Counted from the first letter of the stretch, positions 23,134-33,703 are shown. The stretch: 64,000 nt of DNA from an uncultured Planctomycetota bacterium (GCA_963841915.1 CAWJEN010000006.1:160001-224000); one strand, 5' to 3'. The notes: generated from the letters alone by a model not told the origin. Numbers and translations are program-made.

Positions 23134-25361
23134 TCCGGCTCCTCTTCGGTCAGCGCATTGGCTTGCAGACGGTTCTGCATCTGCACGAGCTTGCGGAAGC
23201 GGCCGTCCTCATTGGCCAGAAGCTCGTCGTGACGACCCGATTCGACGACGCGTCCGGCATCGAGGACGACGATCATGTCCGCCGACGCAAGCGTGCTGAG
23301 ACGGTGGGCAATGGCGAAGGTCGTGCGACCGGTCACGAGGTGGTCGAGTGCTTCCTGGATCGCCCGCTCGGTCTTGGTGTCGACGCTGCTCGTCGCTTCG
23401 TCGAGGATGAGAATCTTCGGATTCTGCAGGATCGCCCTGGCGATCGACACGCGTTGCCGCTCACCGCCCGAGAGGCTTTGGCCGCGTTCGCCGACGATGG
23501 TGTCGTAGCCGTCGGGCAGCTTCGTGATGAAGTCGTGCGTGTTGGCCGCCCGTGCTGCTTCGACGACTTCGCCAAGCGTTGCGTCGGGCCGGCCGTAGCG
23601 GATGTTGTCGGCGACGGTGCCGTAGAACAGGTACGGCTCCTGCAGCACGACGCCCACGTTGCCGCGAAGCCACTCGAGGTCGTAGTCGCGTACGTCGACG
23701 CCGTCGATGAGGATCGACCCGTCGCTGACGTCGTAGAAGCGGCTGATGAGGTTGACGAACGTGCTCTTGCCCGCGCCGCTGTGGCCGCAAAGGCCGACCA
23801 TCTGGCCCGGCTCGACCGCCAGGCTCACGTTGCGCAGTACGGGCTTGGCCCCGTCGTAGCTGAAGCTGACGTTCTGCAGCTCCACGCGTCCCTCGAAGTC
23901 TGTCGGCACGTACGCGTCCGGCTTCGACTTGATCTCGATCGGCGTGTCGAGCACCTCAAACACTCGCTGCGCACTGGTCGCCGCTCGCGTCACCAGCCGC
24001 TGCTTCTGCACCATGTCACCGATGGCCATGTGGTAGAAGCCGGCCACGGTCAGGAACATCACGAGCGTGCCCAATGTGTCGGCATCGGTGGCCGTCCTGG
24101 CGATGTCGGACTCAATGATGAACCAGCCGCCGGCCACGAGGATCAGCACCCGGCTGAGCATCATCGTGCCTTCAACGATCGGCTGCAGGTTCACCCAAAC
24201 GTTGATGGTCGACAGCTCGTCGTCGCTGAAGATCTTGTTCTGTTTCGAAAACTTACCGACTTCGCGGCCCTCAGCGGCGAAGGCCTTCACCACTTTGGCG
24301 CCGGGCAGCACGTCGCCGACGACCCCGGTCAGCCGCGACCAGTAGGTCCACAAGCGGCCGAACAGCTGGGTCATCTTTTTCATCTTGTACCACGTCAGCA
24401 ATGCCACGAACGGCACCGGCAGCAACGCGATGACCGCGAGTCGCGGGTTGACCCAGAACATGATGACCGTCGCCGCAGCCATCATGAGCACGTTGCGGGC
24501 GTAATCGACACTGCCGAAGACGATGAAGTCCCACAAGCGGTCTGTATCGCTTGTCACGCGGGTGATGAGGCTGCCCGTGCGGTGCTTGCCGAAGTATCGC
24601 AGGCTCAGCTTGTGCATGTGGCTGTAGACCGCCGTTCGCAGGTCGCGGGCGACCCACGTGCCGACGGCACTGAGCAGCCGCAGGCGGACACCGAACATCG
24701 TCATCTGGACGACGATCGCCAGTACGTACAGGCCGCCCCAGAACACAAGGTTGCTGACCCGCTCGTCACGCGTCAGGTGCGCTGTTGTCTGTGGATTGAT
24801 GGAAGCGTCGATGACGTACTTCGTCAGCCAGGCCGGAACGACCTGCACGACGCCGACGAGCATCGTCAGCACCGAAGCGAAGATGATTCGCGTGTGGTAA
24901 GGCTTGGCGACCTCCAGCAGGCGCCCCAGCACCGCCACACGCGGGCGATCGAGGTCTTTTTCAAGGTCCGGCCCCTCCACCAGCGGTGGCGGCGACAAAT
25001 CAGGCTCGCCGTCTCCGTCGACGCGGTGCTTCAGCCGAGCGATCAGCCGCGTCATCGACAGCTTCACCCGTTCGCGGCGGCTGAAAGGCAGCTCGACTCG
25101 CCGGCCCGACGTCAGCGTCAACACCAAACGGTCAAAGCCGATCGCCTCCTGGTGCTCGGCCTTGTCAATGTCACTCAACGGCACGACTCGTTCATCAATG
25201 TGCAGCTGCGACTCCGTCAGCACCACCCGACGGCGGCCATACCGCAGGTCGTCGTCAAGGTCCAGCTCCACCTCGGCCACGACATCACCGGCCGGCGCAT
25301 CGACCTGCGCGGCAGCGGGTAAATCAAGCTCGTCTTCCTTCTGGAGCATCAGCTTCTGCAT
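23130..25361 (-). CDS. ABC exporter, fused permease/ATPase with N-terminal extension
   Basis: TM domain; GHSGAGKS, LSGGERQR, ILDEATS. Confidence 0.93.
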   Translation of the reverse strand: MQKLMLQKEDELDLPAAAQVDAPAGDVVAEVELDLDDDLRYGRRRVVLTESQLHIDERVVPLSDIDKAEHQEAIGFDRLVLTLTSGRRVELPFSRRERVKLSMTRLIARLKHRVDGDGEPDLSPPPLVEGPDLEKDLDRPRVAVLGRLLEVAKPYHTRIIFASVLTMLVGVVQVVPAWLTKYVIDASINPQTTAHLTRDERVSNLVFWGGLYVLAIVVQMTMFGVRLRLLSAVGTWVARDLRTAVYSHMHKLSLRYFGKHRTGSLITRVTSDTDRLWDFIVFGSVDYARNVLMMAAATVIMFWVNPRLAVIALLPVPFVALLTWYKMKKMTQLFGRLWTYWSRLTGVVGDVLPGAKVVKAFAAEGREVGKFSKQNKIFSDDELSTINVWVNLQPIVEGTMMLSRVLILVAGGWFIIESDIARTATDADTLGTLVMFLTVAGFYHMAIGDMVQKQRLVTRAATSAQRVFEVLDTPIEIKSKPDAYVPTDFEGRVELQNVSFSYDGAKPVLRNVSLAVEPGQMVGLCGHSGAGKSTFVNLISRFYDVSDGSILIDGVDVRDYDLEWLRGNVGVVLQEPYLFYGTVADNIRYGRPDATLGEVVEAARAANTHDFITKLPDGYDTIVGERGQSLSGGERQRVSIARAILQNPKILILDEATSSVDTKTERAIQEALDHLVTGRTTFAIAHRLSTLASADMIVVLDAGRVVESGRHDELLANEDGRFRKLVQMQNRLQANALTEEEPE

Positions 25362-25417
25362 CCGACGGGCGCAGGACAAGCAAGTCAACCTTCAGAAGTG
25401 CGTCGAGTCGCACGGTA

Positions 25418-25511
25418 AAGGTAGCTGCGACCTTACAGGTCGCAGTAAGGACTGGGCGACAAAACAGCTGACCCTCCATCCGAGGGCGATTCGCAGGGTC
25501 GCAGCTACCTT
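25418..25511. repeat. REPIN-like element (inverted GTAG-type REP doublet)
   Basis: 15-bp inverted repeats AAGGTAGCTGCGACC / GGTCGCAGCTACCTT; left copy is GTAG + palindrome CTGCGACCT-TAC-AGGTCGCAG. Confidence 0.55.
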
Positions 25512-25517
25512 ACATCT

Positions 25518-26240
25518 GTGAGCGAAACGAAAACGATCCTCGTGACGGGTGGAGCTAAACGAGTCGGCCGGCACGTTGCGTTGCACTTTGCCAAGCTCGG
25601 CTACGACGTGGCCGTCACTGTCAACACGAGCGACCCGGCGTCGCTCCGCGGCGAGGTCGAGGCGGTGGGCCGGTCGTTTCTGAGCGTGCGGGCCGACTTT
25701 GCACAACCTGTCGAGGCGACCGAGGCCGTCGGCAACGTAGTCGAGCGTCACGGCCGACTCGACGTGCTCGTCCACAACGCAAGCGTCTACGAGCCATGCC
25801 GACTGGCCGATGTGACGCCGGAGGTGTTGCGGCGGGATCTTGCGGTGCACGTCGAGACGCCGTTGCTCTTGACACGTCGCCTTCAGCCGCTGCTTTCGAC
25901 CGCCAGGGGAACGGTTGTGGCCATGACTGATGTCGACCTCGACCGGTCGCGGCCGAGCTTCCTGACGTATCAGCTGTCCAAGGCGGCGCTGGCGAACCTC
26001 ATGGCCAATCTCGCTCGAGAACTGGCACCTGAGGTGACCGTCAATTGCGTCGCCCCCGGAGCGGTCGAATGGCCACCGGAGATGAAACAGGAAGCCAAGG
26101 ACATGTACCTGTCGCGTGTGCCGTTGGATCGGGTCGGTAGCCCCGCCGACGTGGCCAAGGCGATCGAGTATCTTGTAACAAGCGGCCGCTACGTTACCGG
26201 CCAAACCCTCCGCCTCGACGGTGGACGCCATCTGGTTTAA
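25518..26240 (+). CDS. SDR oxidoreductase, pteridine reductase/FolM-like
   Basis: TGGAKRVG, HNAS, YQLSK, NCVAPG; near folE. Confidence 0.85.
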   Translation: MSETKTILVTGGAKRVGRHVALHFAKLGYDVAVTVNTSDPASLRGEVEAVGRSFLSVRADFAQPVEATEAVGNVVERHGRLDVLVHNASVYEPCRLADVTPEVLRRDLAVHVETPLLLTRRLQPLLSTARGTVVAMTDVDLDRSRPSFLTYQLSKAALANLMANLARELAPEVTVNCVAPGAVEWPPEMKQEAKDMYLSRVPLDRVGSPADVAKAIEYLVTSGRYVTGQTLRLDGGRHLV

Positions 26241-26376
26241 CATTTGAGCCAATCAGCCGCTTCCGTCATTGAAGGCGACTCAGGGACTTTGCCCGGTCGC
26301 GTTCTTTTCAGACGAGGTCGCTCGGCTGTCGTCGGAGTGACGGATGCGGGTGCGCCGGTCGGCTCGCCGAGGCGGT

Positions 26377-27012
26377 TCAACCGGCGGCGTCGGCCTTTTT
26401 CGCCTCTTCGTACAGCTCGCGGACGTTGAGGAAGTCGATCATGTGCTCGTCGTACGTCGCCCGCGCCTTGGGGTCACTCAGGGGCAGGCGGAGTTCGTTG
26501 ATGACCTTGGTGCCCATGCCGATCCATTCCTGCCAGCTGGAGGCCGAGACGTTGTCGTAGATGACGCGGCCGAGCGTGCCTTTCATGGGTTGGCGGCGCA
26601 TGCGGGGGCCGGGTTCGCCGGTGCGGACGTCGAGCACCTGGCCTTCACCGACGACAACTTTGCGGGTCTCGGTGACGTCGGGCAATGCTTCGCCCATCTC
26701 GGTGAGCTGCTTCTCCATCGCCTCTCGGGGCATGCGGTCGCCGCGGTCGGCGGCGACCTGAACGCCTCGCTTGAGCACGACGGCTGCGTCGCTGGCACGA
26801 TCCAGGTCGCGCAGCGCCTGGCCGAGCAGCTCGTAGGCCTTGGAGAACTTGTCGTTGATCTCCAGCGTCCGCCGAAATGACTCTGCCGCGTCGGCGGGTT
26901 TGCCGGCACGGAGCAACTCACGCCCGAGGGACAGGTGACCCAGCTCGTTGTCCGGATCGTCGGCTGCCATTTTGCGGAACTGCTCGATCCGCTCGTCAAT
27001 TGCGTCACTCAT
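26377..27012 (-). CDS. TPR + Fe(II)-trafficking (YggX-like) fusion protein
   Basis: TPR-like N-half; C-terminal WQEWIGMGTKVINELRL. Confidence 0.8.
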   Translation of the reverse strand: MSDAIDERIEQFRKMAADDPDNELGHLSLGRELLRAGKPADAAESFRRTLEINDKFSKAYELLGQALRDLDRASDAAVVLKRGVQVAADRGDRMPREAMEKQLTEMGEALPDVTETRKVVVGEGQVLDVRTGEPGPRMRRQPMKGTLGRVIYDNVSASSWQEWIGMGTKVINELRLPLSDPKARATYDEHMIDFLNVRELYEEAKKADAAG

Positions 27013-27020
27013 GGGACGTT

Positions 27021-27653
27021 CTATGCCCGGGGCGAAATCAGCGTCATGACTTCGCTGCGGGTCCGGGCGTCGCTGCGGCACAGGCCACGCAGGCAGCTTG
27101 TCAGCATCGTTGCCCCGGTTTTCTTGACGCCGCGGATCGTCATGCACGAGTGGACGGCCTCGACGACGACAGCAGCGCCTTTGGGCTGCAAGGCATCCAT
27201 GAGGGCTTCGCAAATCTGCACCGTCAGCTGCTCCTGAATCTGCGGCCGACGGGCGTACCCCTCGACGAGTCGGGCCAGCTTGCTGAGCCCCACCACTTTG
27301 CCGCTCGGGATATAAGCGACGCTGGCTCGACCTGTGAACGGCAGCAGATGGTGTTCGCATACGCTGGCGAACGGAATGTCCCGCAGCACGACTACCTCGT
27401 CGTAGTCGGCGGTGAAGACGGTGGCCAGGTGCTTGCGCGGGTCCTCACGCAGGCCTGCAAAGAGCTCGCCGTACGCGCGGGCGACGCGGTGAGGCGTTTT
27501 GAGGAGGCCCTCGCGGTCGGGATCCTCGCCAACGGCTAGCAGAATCTCTCGCACGGCATCGGCGATGCGATGCTCATCAACGTCCAGCGGAACAACGGCG
27601 TGAGGCTCGTGATCGAACGGGTCGTCGCGGAGGTCTGTAGATTTGTCGGACAT
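27021..27653 (-). CDS. folE: GTP cyclohydrolase I
   Basis: [43 protein letters not shown]. Confidence 0.97.
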   Translation of the reverse strand: MSDKSTDLRDDPFDHEPHAVVPLDVDEHRIADAVREILLAVGEDPDREGLLKTPHRVARAYGELFAGLREDPRKHLATVFTADYDEVVVLRDIPFASVCEHHLLPFTGRASVAYIPSGKVVGLSKLARLVEGYARRPQIQEQLTVQICEALMDALQPKGAAVVVEAVHSCMTIRGVKKTGATMLTSCLRGLCRSDARTRSEVMTLISPRA

Positions 27654-27855
27654 GAGCGATGGTGGGTCCCGTGCAAAGTGAGCGGCGACATCGTGAAGGT
27701 ACGGCCACTAACGGGCCTCAGGTGACGCCACCGCTGTTTTCACGAGGATTGCGAAGCTGCATATGTGGCCTTGGCCCGTGGTTTGTATTGGACTTACCCC
27801 ACACGGCAGGCGATTGCACCTCGGCCAGACTCAGTAGTACATGAACCAGATTCCA

Positions 27856-28449
27856 ATGAAGACCACCACCAAGCGTTTGTTCCTCGCCGTTTCCGCCGCC
27901 GCCGTCGCCGGCCTCACGTTCGCCGCCGGTAGCGCGTTCGCCGATCACCACGAGAAGAAGGGCGATCACGCCCACATGAGCGGTGAGAAGGACATCGTCG
28001 CCACCGCCGTTGCAGCCGGCCAGTTCAACACCCTCGCCGCCGCCCTCAAGGCCGGTGACCTCGTCGAGACGCTGCAGGGCGAAGGCCCGTTCACCGTCTT
28101 TGCCCCGACCGACGAGGCCTTTGCGGCCCTGCCGAGCGGCACGATCGAGACGCTGCTCAAGCCGGAGGCCAAGGGTCAGCTCCAGGAAATCCTGAAGTAC
28201 CACGTCGTCTCGGGTGAAGTCATGGCCAGCGACGTCGTGAACCTCACCGAGGCCGAGACGGTCCAGGGCGAGGCGATCGAGATCGCCGTCGTCGACGGCA
28301 AGGTCATGCTCAACGACACCGTCGAGGTCATCAAGACCGACGTCAAGGCCAGCAACGGCGTAATTCACGTCATTGACGGCGTGCTCATCCCGAACGGTGG
28401 CCAGCAGGCCGAAGAGATGGAAGACATGGAAGAAGAGCCTTCGATGTGA
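27856..28449 (+). CDS. Fasciclin (FAS1) domain secreted protein
   Basis: Signal peptide; [29 protein letters not shown]. Confidence 0.93.
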   Translation: MKTTTKRLFLAVSAAAVAGLTFAAGSAFADHHEKKGDHAHMSGEKDIVATAVAAGQFNTLAAALKAGDLVETLQGEGPFTVFAPTDEAFAALPSGTIETLLKPEAKGQLQEILKYHVVSGEVMASDVVNLTEAETVQGEAIEIAVVDGKVMLNDTVEVIKTDVKASNGVIHVIDGVLIPNGGQQAEEMEDMEEEPSM

Positions 28450-28480
28450 GGCCTGTAGAGAATCTCTCTCCAACGCGGAT

Positions 28481-28512
28481 CGACGCCCGCACGCCTAGGC
28501 GTGCGGGCGTCG
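28481..28512. terminator. Perfect palindrome / hairpin after fasciclin gene
   Basis: CGACGCCCGCACGCC-TA-GGCGTGCGGGCGTCG; no clear U tract. Confidence 0.45.
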
Positions 28513-28546
28513 CCGTTGCGCCACCCTGCAATTGGCCGGGTACAAC

Positions 28547-29674
28547 ATGACCATGCGCAGAGCCGTCGTCGCCACCAGCAACACCCTGAAGTACCCGCAA
28601 GGCGGTCACGTGTGGGTCTACTTGAACTGGGCACTGTCGTTCGTCGCCCGCGGGTACGAAGTGACGTGGCTGGACATGGTCGAATCTGGCGACGACGTGT
28701 CGGCGTTGCCTGCGAAACTCGAGACGCTGCGTGACAAGCTCCGGCCGTTCGGCCTGAATGACCGCGTCCTCATCGTCGACGAGCACGGCCACCCGCACGA
28801 AGCGCTGGCCGACGCAGCGATGCCCGATGTCGACGGTGACGTGTTGCTGAACCTGCGATACAACCTGCCCGACGACTTCCCGAAGCGGTTCCGCACGTCG
28901 GCCCTCATCGACACGGACCCGGGCATGGTGCAGTACGCCATCCACCAGGGCTCGATGCGTCTCGCGCCGCACGATGCCTACTTCACCGTTGGAAACAACA
29001 TATTCTCCAAGAAAAACGGTGACTTTCTGGCGACGGGGCTGACGTGGCACGCGATGACACCCGCCGTCTCGCTGGAGCACTGGCCGGTCGTGCCATGGCC
29101 CGCCGACGCGGCGTGGTCAACGGTGAGCCATTGGTACATGGACGTCTGGATGGTCGACGCGGCAGGCGAGGCCTACATGAACGACAAGCGGACGGCCTTC
29201 GAGCCGTACCTGCACCTGCCCCAACGGGTCCGGCAGCCGATGAAGCTGGCGCTCAACCTCAACGGCGACCCCGAAGAACAAGCCCGTCTTGAAGCCCTCG
29301 GCTGGCAGATCGAAGAAGCACACGACGTCGGCGGCCTCGATGCGTATCAGCAGTTCGTCCAGCAATCGTTCGGCGAGTTCTCGTGCTGCAAGCCGTCGTA
29401 CCGCCGCCTAGGGACCGGCTGGATCAGCGACCGGACGGCCTGCTACCTCGCCAGCGGTCGCCCATGCGTGGTCGAGTGGAGCGGCGAGCGACCGGAACTC
29501 GAGGGCAGTGACGGGCTGCTGCGGTTCAAGGATCCCAGCGAAGCGGCCGCGGCGTTGGCACGCGTGGCGGCCGACCCGGCGTCGCACGCCAAGGCCGCCC
29601 GCGCTCTCGCCGAACGCCACTTCGACGGCCGCGTGTGCGTCGATCGCGTGCTGGAGTGTGTTCAAGCGAAGTGA
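28547..29674 (+). CDS. Putative glycosyltransferase (GT-B, CgeB-like C-terminus)
   Basis: GGHVWVYLNW, IDTDPG, GWISDRTACYLASGRP. Confidence 0.7.
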   Translation: MTMRRAVVATSNTLKYPQGGHVWVYLNWALSFVARGYEVTWLDMVESGDDVSALPAKLETLRDKLRPFGLNDRVLIVDEHGHPHEALADAAMPDVDGDVLLNLRYNLPDDFPKRFRTSALIDTDPGMVQYAIHQGSMRLAPHDAYFTVGNNIFSKKNGDFLATGLTWHAMTPAVSLEHWPVVPWPADAAWSTVSHWYMDVWMVDAAGEAYMNDKRTAFEPYLHLPQRVRQPMKLALNLNGDPEEQARLEALGWQIEEAHDVGGLDAYQQFVQQSFGEFSCCKPSYRRLGTGWISDRTACYLASGRPCVVEWSGERPELEGSDGLLRFKDPSEAAAALARVAADPASHAKAARALAERHFDGRVCVDRVLECVQAK

Positions 29675-29709
29675 CCCGGAGCCGCGGTCCGTGGGACCGC
29701 GGCTCCGGG
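29675..29709. repeat. REP-like palindrome family A (may also act as terminator)
   Basis: CCCGGAGCCGCGGTCC-GTG-GGACCGCGGCTCCGGG. Confidence 0.75.
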
Positions 29710-29746
29710 ACCTTTTGTCGGCCGTCGCGTTCACTACCGTCGTGAC

Positions 29747-30037
29747 ATGCTGCTTGCCGAGATTTCGATGTGGCCGATGGACAAGGGCCAAAGCGTCAGC
29801 CCATACGTCGCTCGCGTGCTGAAGGTGATTCAGGCGAGCGGGTTGCCGTATCAGCTCGGGCCGCTCGGCACGGTCGTCGAAGGCGAGCCGGCGGCAGTTT
29901 TGAAGCTCGTCGGTGACTGCCAGGCCGAGCTGGAGGTCGACTGCGACCGCATCATGTGTTCGATCAAGATGGACTGGCGACGCGGCCACGCCGGCCGCAT
30001 CGAGGGCAAGGTCCGCAGCGTCGAAGAGAAGCTGTAA
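29747..30037 (+). CDS. MTH1187/YkoF family thiamine-binding protein
   Basis: SVSPYVA, YQLGPLGTVVEG, GKVRSVEEKL. Confidence 0.88.
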   Translation: MLLAEISMWPMDKGQSVSPYVARVLKVIQASGLPYQLGPLGTVVEGEPAAVLKLVGDCQAELEVDCDRIMCSIKMDWRRGHAGRIEGKVRSVEEKL

Positions 30038-30045
30038 CGCCGGCC

Positions 30046-30990
30046 TCACGCAGTCGGCTTAACCGGCGCGATGAAGGACAGCGACAGCACCGCCGCAAAA
30101 CCGGCAACGGCGGCGGCGAGGCCGACGCCGATCGCCGCCGGGGTGCTGGCACCCGTGAACGGCCAGATCGCAAACACGCTGCCCCACAACACGCCCAGCA
30201 GCAACCCACCCATGAGGCGCTCGTGCTTTTCGAGCAGGCTTTTGAGCAAGTTCGACAGGAGCACCAGCGACACGACCGCCGCCACGCCGACGGGGACGAG
30301 GATCGACAGCGACGTCATGATGTCCGCCGAGTTTGCCCCGACGAGGCCGTCCTTGAGCAGGCTGATGGCCCCGGTGACGTGTTCGTAACGGCCCAGCAGC
30401 AGCAGCATGTACGCGCCGCTGATGCCCGGCAAGACCATCGCGCTCATCGCCAGCACGCCACCGACGGCGTCGCGGGCCATGGCCGGCTGCGGTCGAAACG
30501 CCTCGGTCTCCCGCAGCGCTCTGGCCTGCTCGCGGGCGTTGGCGTCTTCGCCGAGGGCCAGAGCGAGCATGATGACGAAGCCGACGGCGATGGCCGTGAG
30601 TACCAGCCCGCGGTTCGGCAGCTTCGGGGCCGCCATCTTCCACAAAGGCGGCGTGCCGGCGAGCGTCATGCCGATGAACAACGCCTTCATCGTCGCCTCG
30701 TGATCGACAAACAGATTCGTCATGAGCTTCGCAAACGACACCGCAACCGCGGCAGCGGCGACGATCAAGACCGCCAGAAAGATCACCCTGTCACGCGTGA
30801 TCTTGCCCCGCGAGACGCCGGCAACGGCGTCGATGAACCGGTCGTACACGCCGATGACGAGCACCATCGTCCCACCCGACACCCCGGGCACAAGATTGGC
30901 TGCCCCCATGAGCCCGCCCGCGGCGGCGGTGCGAATCAGCGGGACGTTCGGGTCGATCTGCTTGGCAAGCGGAAGGGCGTCTTCAGGCAT
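30046..30990 (-). CDS. DUF368 membrane protein
   Basis: MGAANLVPGVSGGTM, AMVLPGISGAYMLLLLG. Confidence 0.9.
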   Translation of the reverse strand: MPEDALPLAKQIDPNVPLIRTAAAGGLMGAANLVPGVSGGTMVLVIGVYDRFIDAVAGVSRGKITRDRVIFLAVLIVAAAAVAVSFAKLMTNLFVDHEATMKALFIGMTLAGTPPLWKMAAPKLPNRGLVLTAIAVGFVIMLALALGEDANAREQARALRETEAFRPQPAMARDAVGGVLAMSAMVLPGISGAYMLLLLGRYEHVTGAISLLKDGLVGANSADIMTSLSILVPVGVAAVVSLVLLSNLLKSLLEKHERLMGGLLLGVLWGSVFAIWPFTGASTPAAIGVGLAAAVAGFAAVLSLSFIAPVKPTA

Positions 30991-31023
30991 GTCGGTTCTT
31001 TATCGGCCACTTGTCCCGCAGAC

Positions 31024-31254
31024 TCAACGACGCATCGTCAACCTGAACAGCAGCAACAGAAACACGATCGTCAGCGACAACTGCAACCCCATGCCGAATA
31101 GCCGCACCACGTTCGGCACGTTGGCAAACAAACCGGCGGTGTTGGCGGCGACAAGCACAATCTTGAGCCCGATGACGATCCACAGCAGCCGCGTCAAACG
31201 CTTGCGACTAGCTTCGGCCGATCCACGCGTGTCGTACTCGAGCGGCTGCGTCAC
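31024..31254 (-). CDS. Small membrane protein
   Basis: Two hydrophobic helices; TAGCCT 5 nt before GTG. Confidence 0.6.
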   Translation of the reverse strand: MTQPLEYDTRGSAEASRKRLTRLLWIVIGLKIVLVAANTAGLFANVPNVVRLFGMGLQLSLTIVFLLLLFRLTMRR

Positions 31255-31406
31255 GGCTGAGGCTAGTGCCGTCTGCCAACGGGTCCACGACCCACGCGAG
31301 TCATCCTCAGTGTAACAACGTCCCTCGACTCCCTTGGGTCAATCGGGATGACTGAAGTTCCAGCGGCCGGCCGGCAGGATGACGAACTTTGCGACCGCAG
31401 ATCAGC

Positions 31407-32054
31407 TTACCCCTGCGACGACCCGCCCCAGCCTTGCTGGTCGTTCTGCTCCGGCGGCGTGCCACCCTGGGCGTAGTACTGCTGCCAGGCCGCTTGCTGT
31501 TGCTCGTCGACGCCGCCGGTCGATCCGGCCCGCTCACGAAGGGCCAGGGCCAGTAGCACGATTGCAACGATCTCCAGCAGCGTGAGCACGACGCTGACCG
31601 CAAGGGTCACTGGCCCGTTCGCAGCAGCCACCTCTGGGTCGCTGGCGAGGGCCAGCATCGCCACCAAACCCAGCAGGTTGAGCAGGACGCCGATGCCCAG
31701 GAGGACGATCGACGTGATCATCGCCCACGCCTTGCCGTGCCACGTGAACGCCGCCAGCAGCACACCGATGCCGACGATGATGAGGCCGCACGCCCCGCCG
31801 CAGGCCCGAACGATGTTCACAAGCGAGTCGGCAGACATGCCCGCCGCCTCCATCTCAGCCAAGTCATTCGGATCGACTTCCTGCATAAGCGTGGCGCTGT
31901 CAATCGCAAAGACCTGGAATACCGCGTTTGCGGCAATGAGCAACGTGATCAGCAAAAGCACGCCCGCCGCCAACCTGGCCATCGGGCGACGTGCCCCACC
32001 GCCCGTCGGCTGGCCCGGATACTGCAACTGCTGTGGCTGATACGGATCCGTCAT
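31407..32054 (-). CDS. Hypothetical membrane protein (4 TM, Gln-rich tails)
   Basis: Hydrophobic segments; TAGAAT 6 nt before ATG. Confidence 0.75.
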   Translation of the reverse strand: MTDPYQPQQLQYPGQPTGGGARRPMARLAAGVLLLITLLIAANAVFQVFAIDSATLMQEVDPNDLAEMEAAGMSADSLVNIVRACGGACGLIIVGIGVLLAAFTWHGKAWAMITSIVLLGIGVLLNLLGLVAMLALASDPEVAAANGPVTLAVSVVLTLLEIVAIVLLALALRERAGSTGGVDEQQQAAWQQYYAQGGTPPEQNDQQGWGGSSQG

Positions 32055-32231
32055 GCCCGCATTCTACCGCGCCGCCGCAGCCTTCAGCCGGTCTTTCGTC
32101 ACGCCCGCCGCATGCCCCTTCGCCATGCCCGGTGCGGGCGAGAAACCGGCAGACGTCACCGGCAACATCTTTGAGCTGCGCCGCGACGATGGAGAGACGA
32201 AGCCACGTGCTCCTGCTGTACCATGCCTGCG

Positions 32232-33437
32232 ATGGTCACCGCAGACGACGTCACCCGCGCCGCCGACCGCTTGGCCGACGGCATCAGGCGGACGCCCTGC
32301 GATCGTGCCCCGACCCTCGACGCCCTCTGCGGCGAGGCCGTCGTCTACGTCAAACGCGAGTACCTTCACCCGACCGGCAGTTTCAAGGAACGCGGCGCCC
32401 GCAACGCCCTGCTGCAACTCTCGGCCGACGCTCAAGCGGCCGGCGTCATCGCCGCCAGTGCCGGCAACCACGCCCAGGCCCTGGCCTATCACGGCCGTGA
32501 CCTCGGCATCGCCGTCAGCGTCGTCATGCCCCGCTGGGCACCGCTCGTGAAGGTCAACAACTGCCGCAGACTCGGGGCCGACGTGACGCTCAGCGGCGAC
32601 AGCTTCGAAGACGCCCGCCGACTCGCCGTCGACCTCGCCGCCAGCGACGGCATGACCTACGTCCACGGCTTCAACGACGACGCCGTTATCGCCGGCGCAG
32701 GCACCGTGGCCATCGAAGTGCTCGACGACGTGCCGGACGTGGAGGTCGTCATCATTCCCGTCGGCGGGGGCGGCCTGATCGCGGGCATGGCGACGTACAT
32801 CAAGGACAAGCGACCCGACTGCCGAGTCGTGGGTGTCGAGACCGAAGCCGCACCGACCCTCTCACAAGCCCTCGCCGCTGGCCAACCCGTCGACGTCGAG
32901 ACGGCCACCAGCATTGCCGACGGCCTGGCGATCGGCCGCCTCGGCGACAACTGTTTTGCCCCGTGCCGCGAATACGTCGACGAGGTCGTGACGGTCAGCG
33001 AAGCCGAAGCCGCCCGTGCGGTGCTGCGGCTACTCGAAGGTGAAAAGGCGGTCGTCGAAGGGGCAGGCGCCGCCAGCCTCGCGGCGGCGACGGGTCCGTT
33101 GAAGAAGGATCTGGCCGGGAAGAAGGTGGCGCTCATCCTGTGCGGCGGCAACATCGACGTGCAGACGCTCGGCCGCGTCATCGAACGCGGCCTCGCCGCC
33201 GACGGACGACTCTGCCGCATCGCCTGCCGCACCAGCGACCGCCCCGGCAGCCTCGCCAAACTCCTCGACCTCGTCGGCAAGCTCGGCGCAGGGGTCAAGG
33301 AGGTGCATCACGACCGAAGTTTCGGCAGCGGCGACATCGGCCGGGTGGATATCGAACTCGTGCTGGAAACCGATGACAAAGCACATGCCGCCCGCGTCCG
33401 GGAGGCGGTGCTCGAGGCGGGCTATCTCTCGTCGTGA
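32232..33437 (+). CDS. ilvA: Threonine ammonia-lyase with C-terminal ACT domain (alternative start 32223)
   Basis: TGSFKERGA, SAGNHAQ, PVGGGGL, CGGNID, DRPGSL. Confidence 0.93.
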   Translation: MVTADDVTRAADRLADGIRRTPCDRAPTLDALCGEAVVYVKREYLHPTGSFKERGARNALLQLSADAQAAGVIAASAGNHAQALAYHGRDLGIAVSVVMPRWAPLVKVNNCRRLGADVTLSGDSFEDARRLAVDLAASDGMTYVHGFNDDAVIAGAGTVAIEVLDDVPDVEVVIIPVGGGGLIAGMATYIKDKRPDCRVVGVETEAAPTLSQALAAGQPVDVETATSIADGLAIGRLGDNCFAPCREYVDEVVTVSEAEAARAVLRLLEGEKAVVEGAGAASLAAATGPLKKDLAGKKVALILCGGNIDVQTLGRVIERGLAADGRLCRIACRTSDRPGSLAKLLDLVGKLGAGVKEVHHDRSFGSGDIGRVDIELVLETDDKAHAARVREAVLEAGYLSS

Positions 33438-33630
33438 AGCCGAGATGCCGGTCGCCCTGGTCCTTATCCGTGCGCGATGGCGGCCGCCGCGGCGCAACCG
33501 ATCTTGATGCGCAGGGGGTACGGAACGCACCCGAATCTACCGCAGCGGCGACGCAGGCGGCGGACGGTCCGCGACCTCACAAATCCATCACGGCCGACGA
33601 CCCGCCGACGCACTCGGCGACGCTCAATGG

Positions 33631-33646
33631 TGTTCCACGTGGAACA
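33631..33646. promoter_or_regulatory. parS centromere site
   Basis: Perfect palindrome TGTTCCACGTGGAACA (canonical parS). Confidence 0.9.
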
Positions 33647-33703
33647 TTTCGGGTCCGCCTCGACCTCCAAACCCCGTTGGCGACGCGTGGCGACGGTCGA
33701 GAA

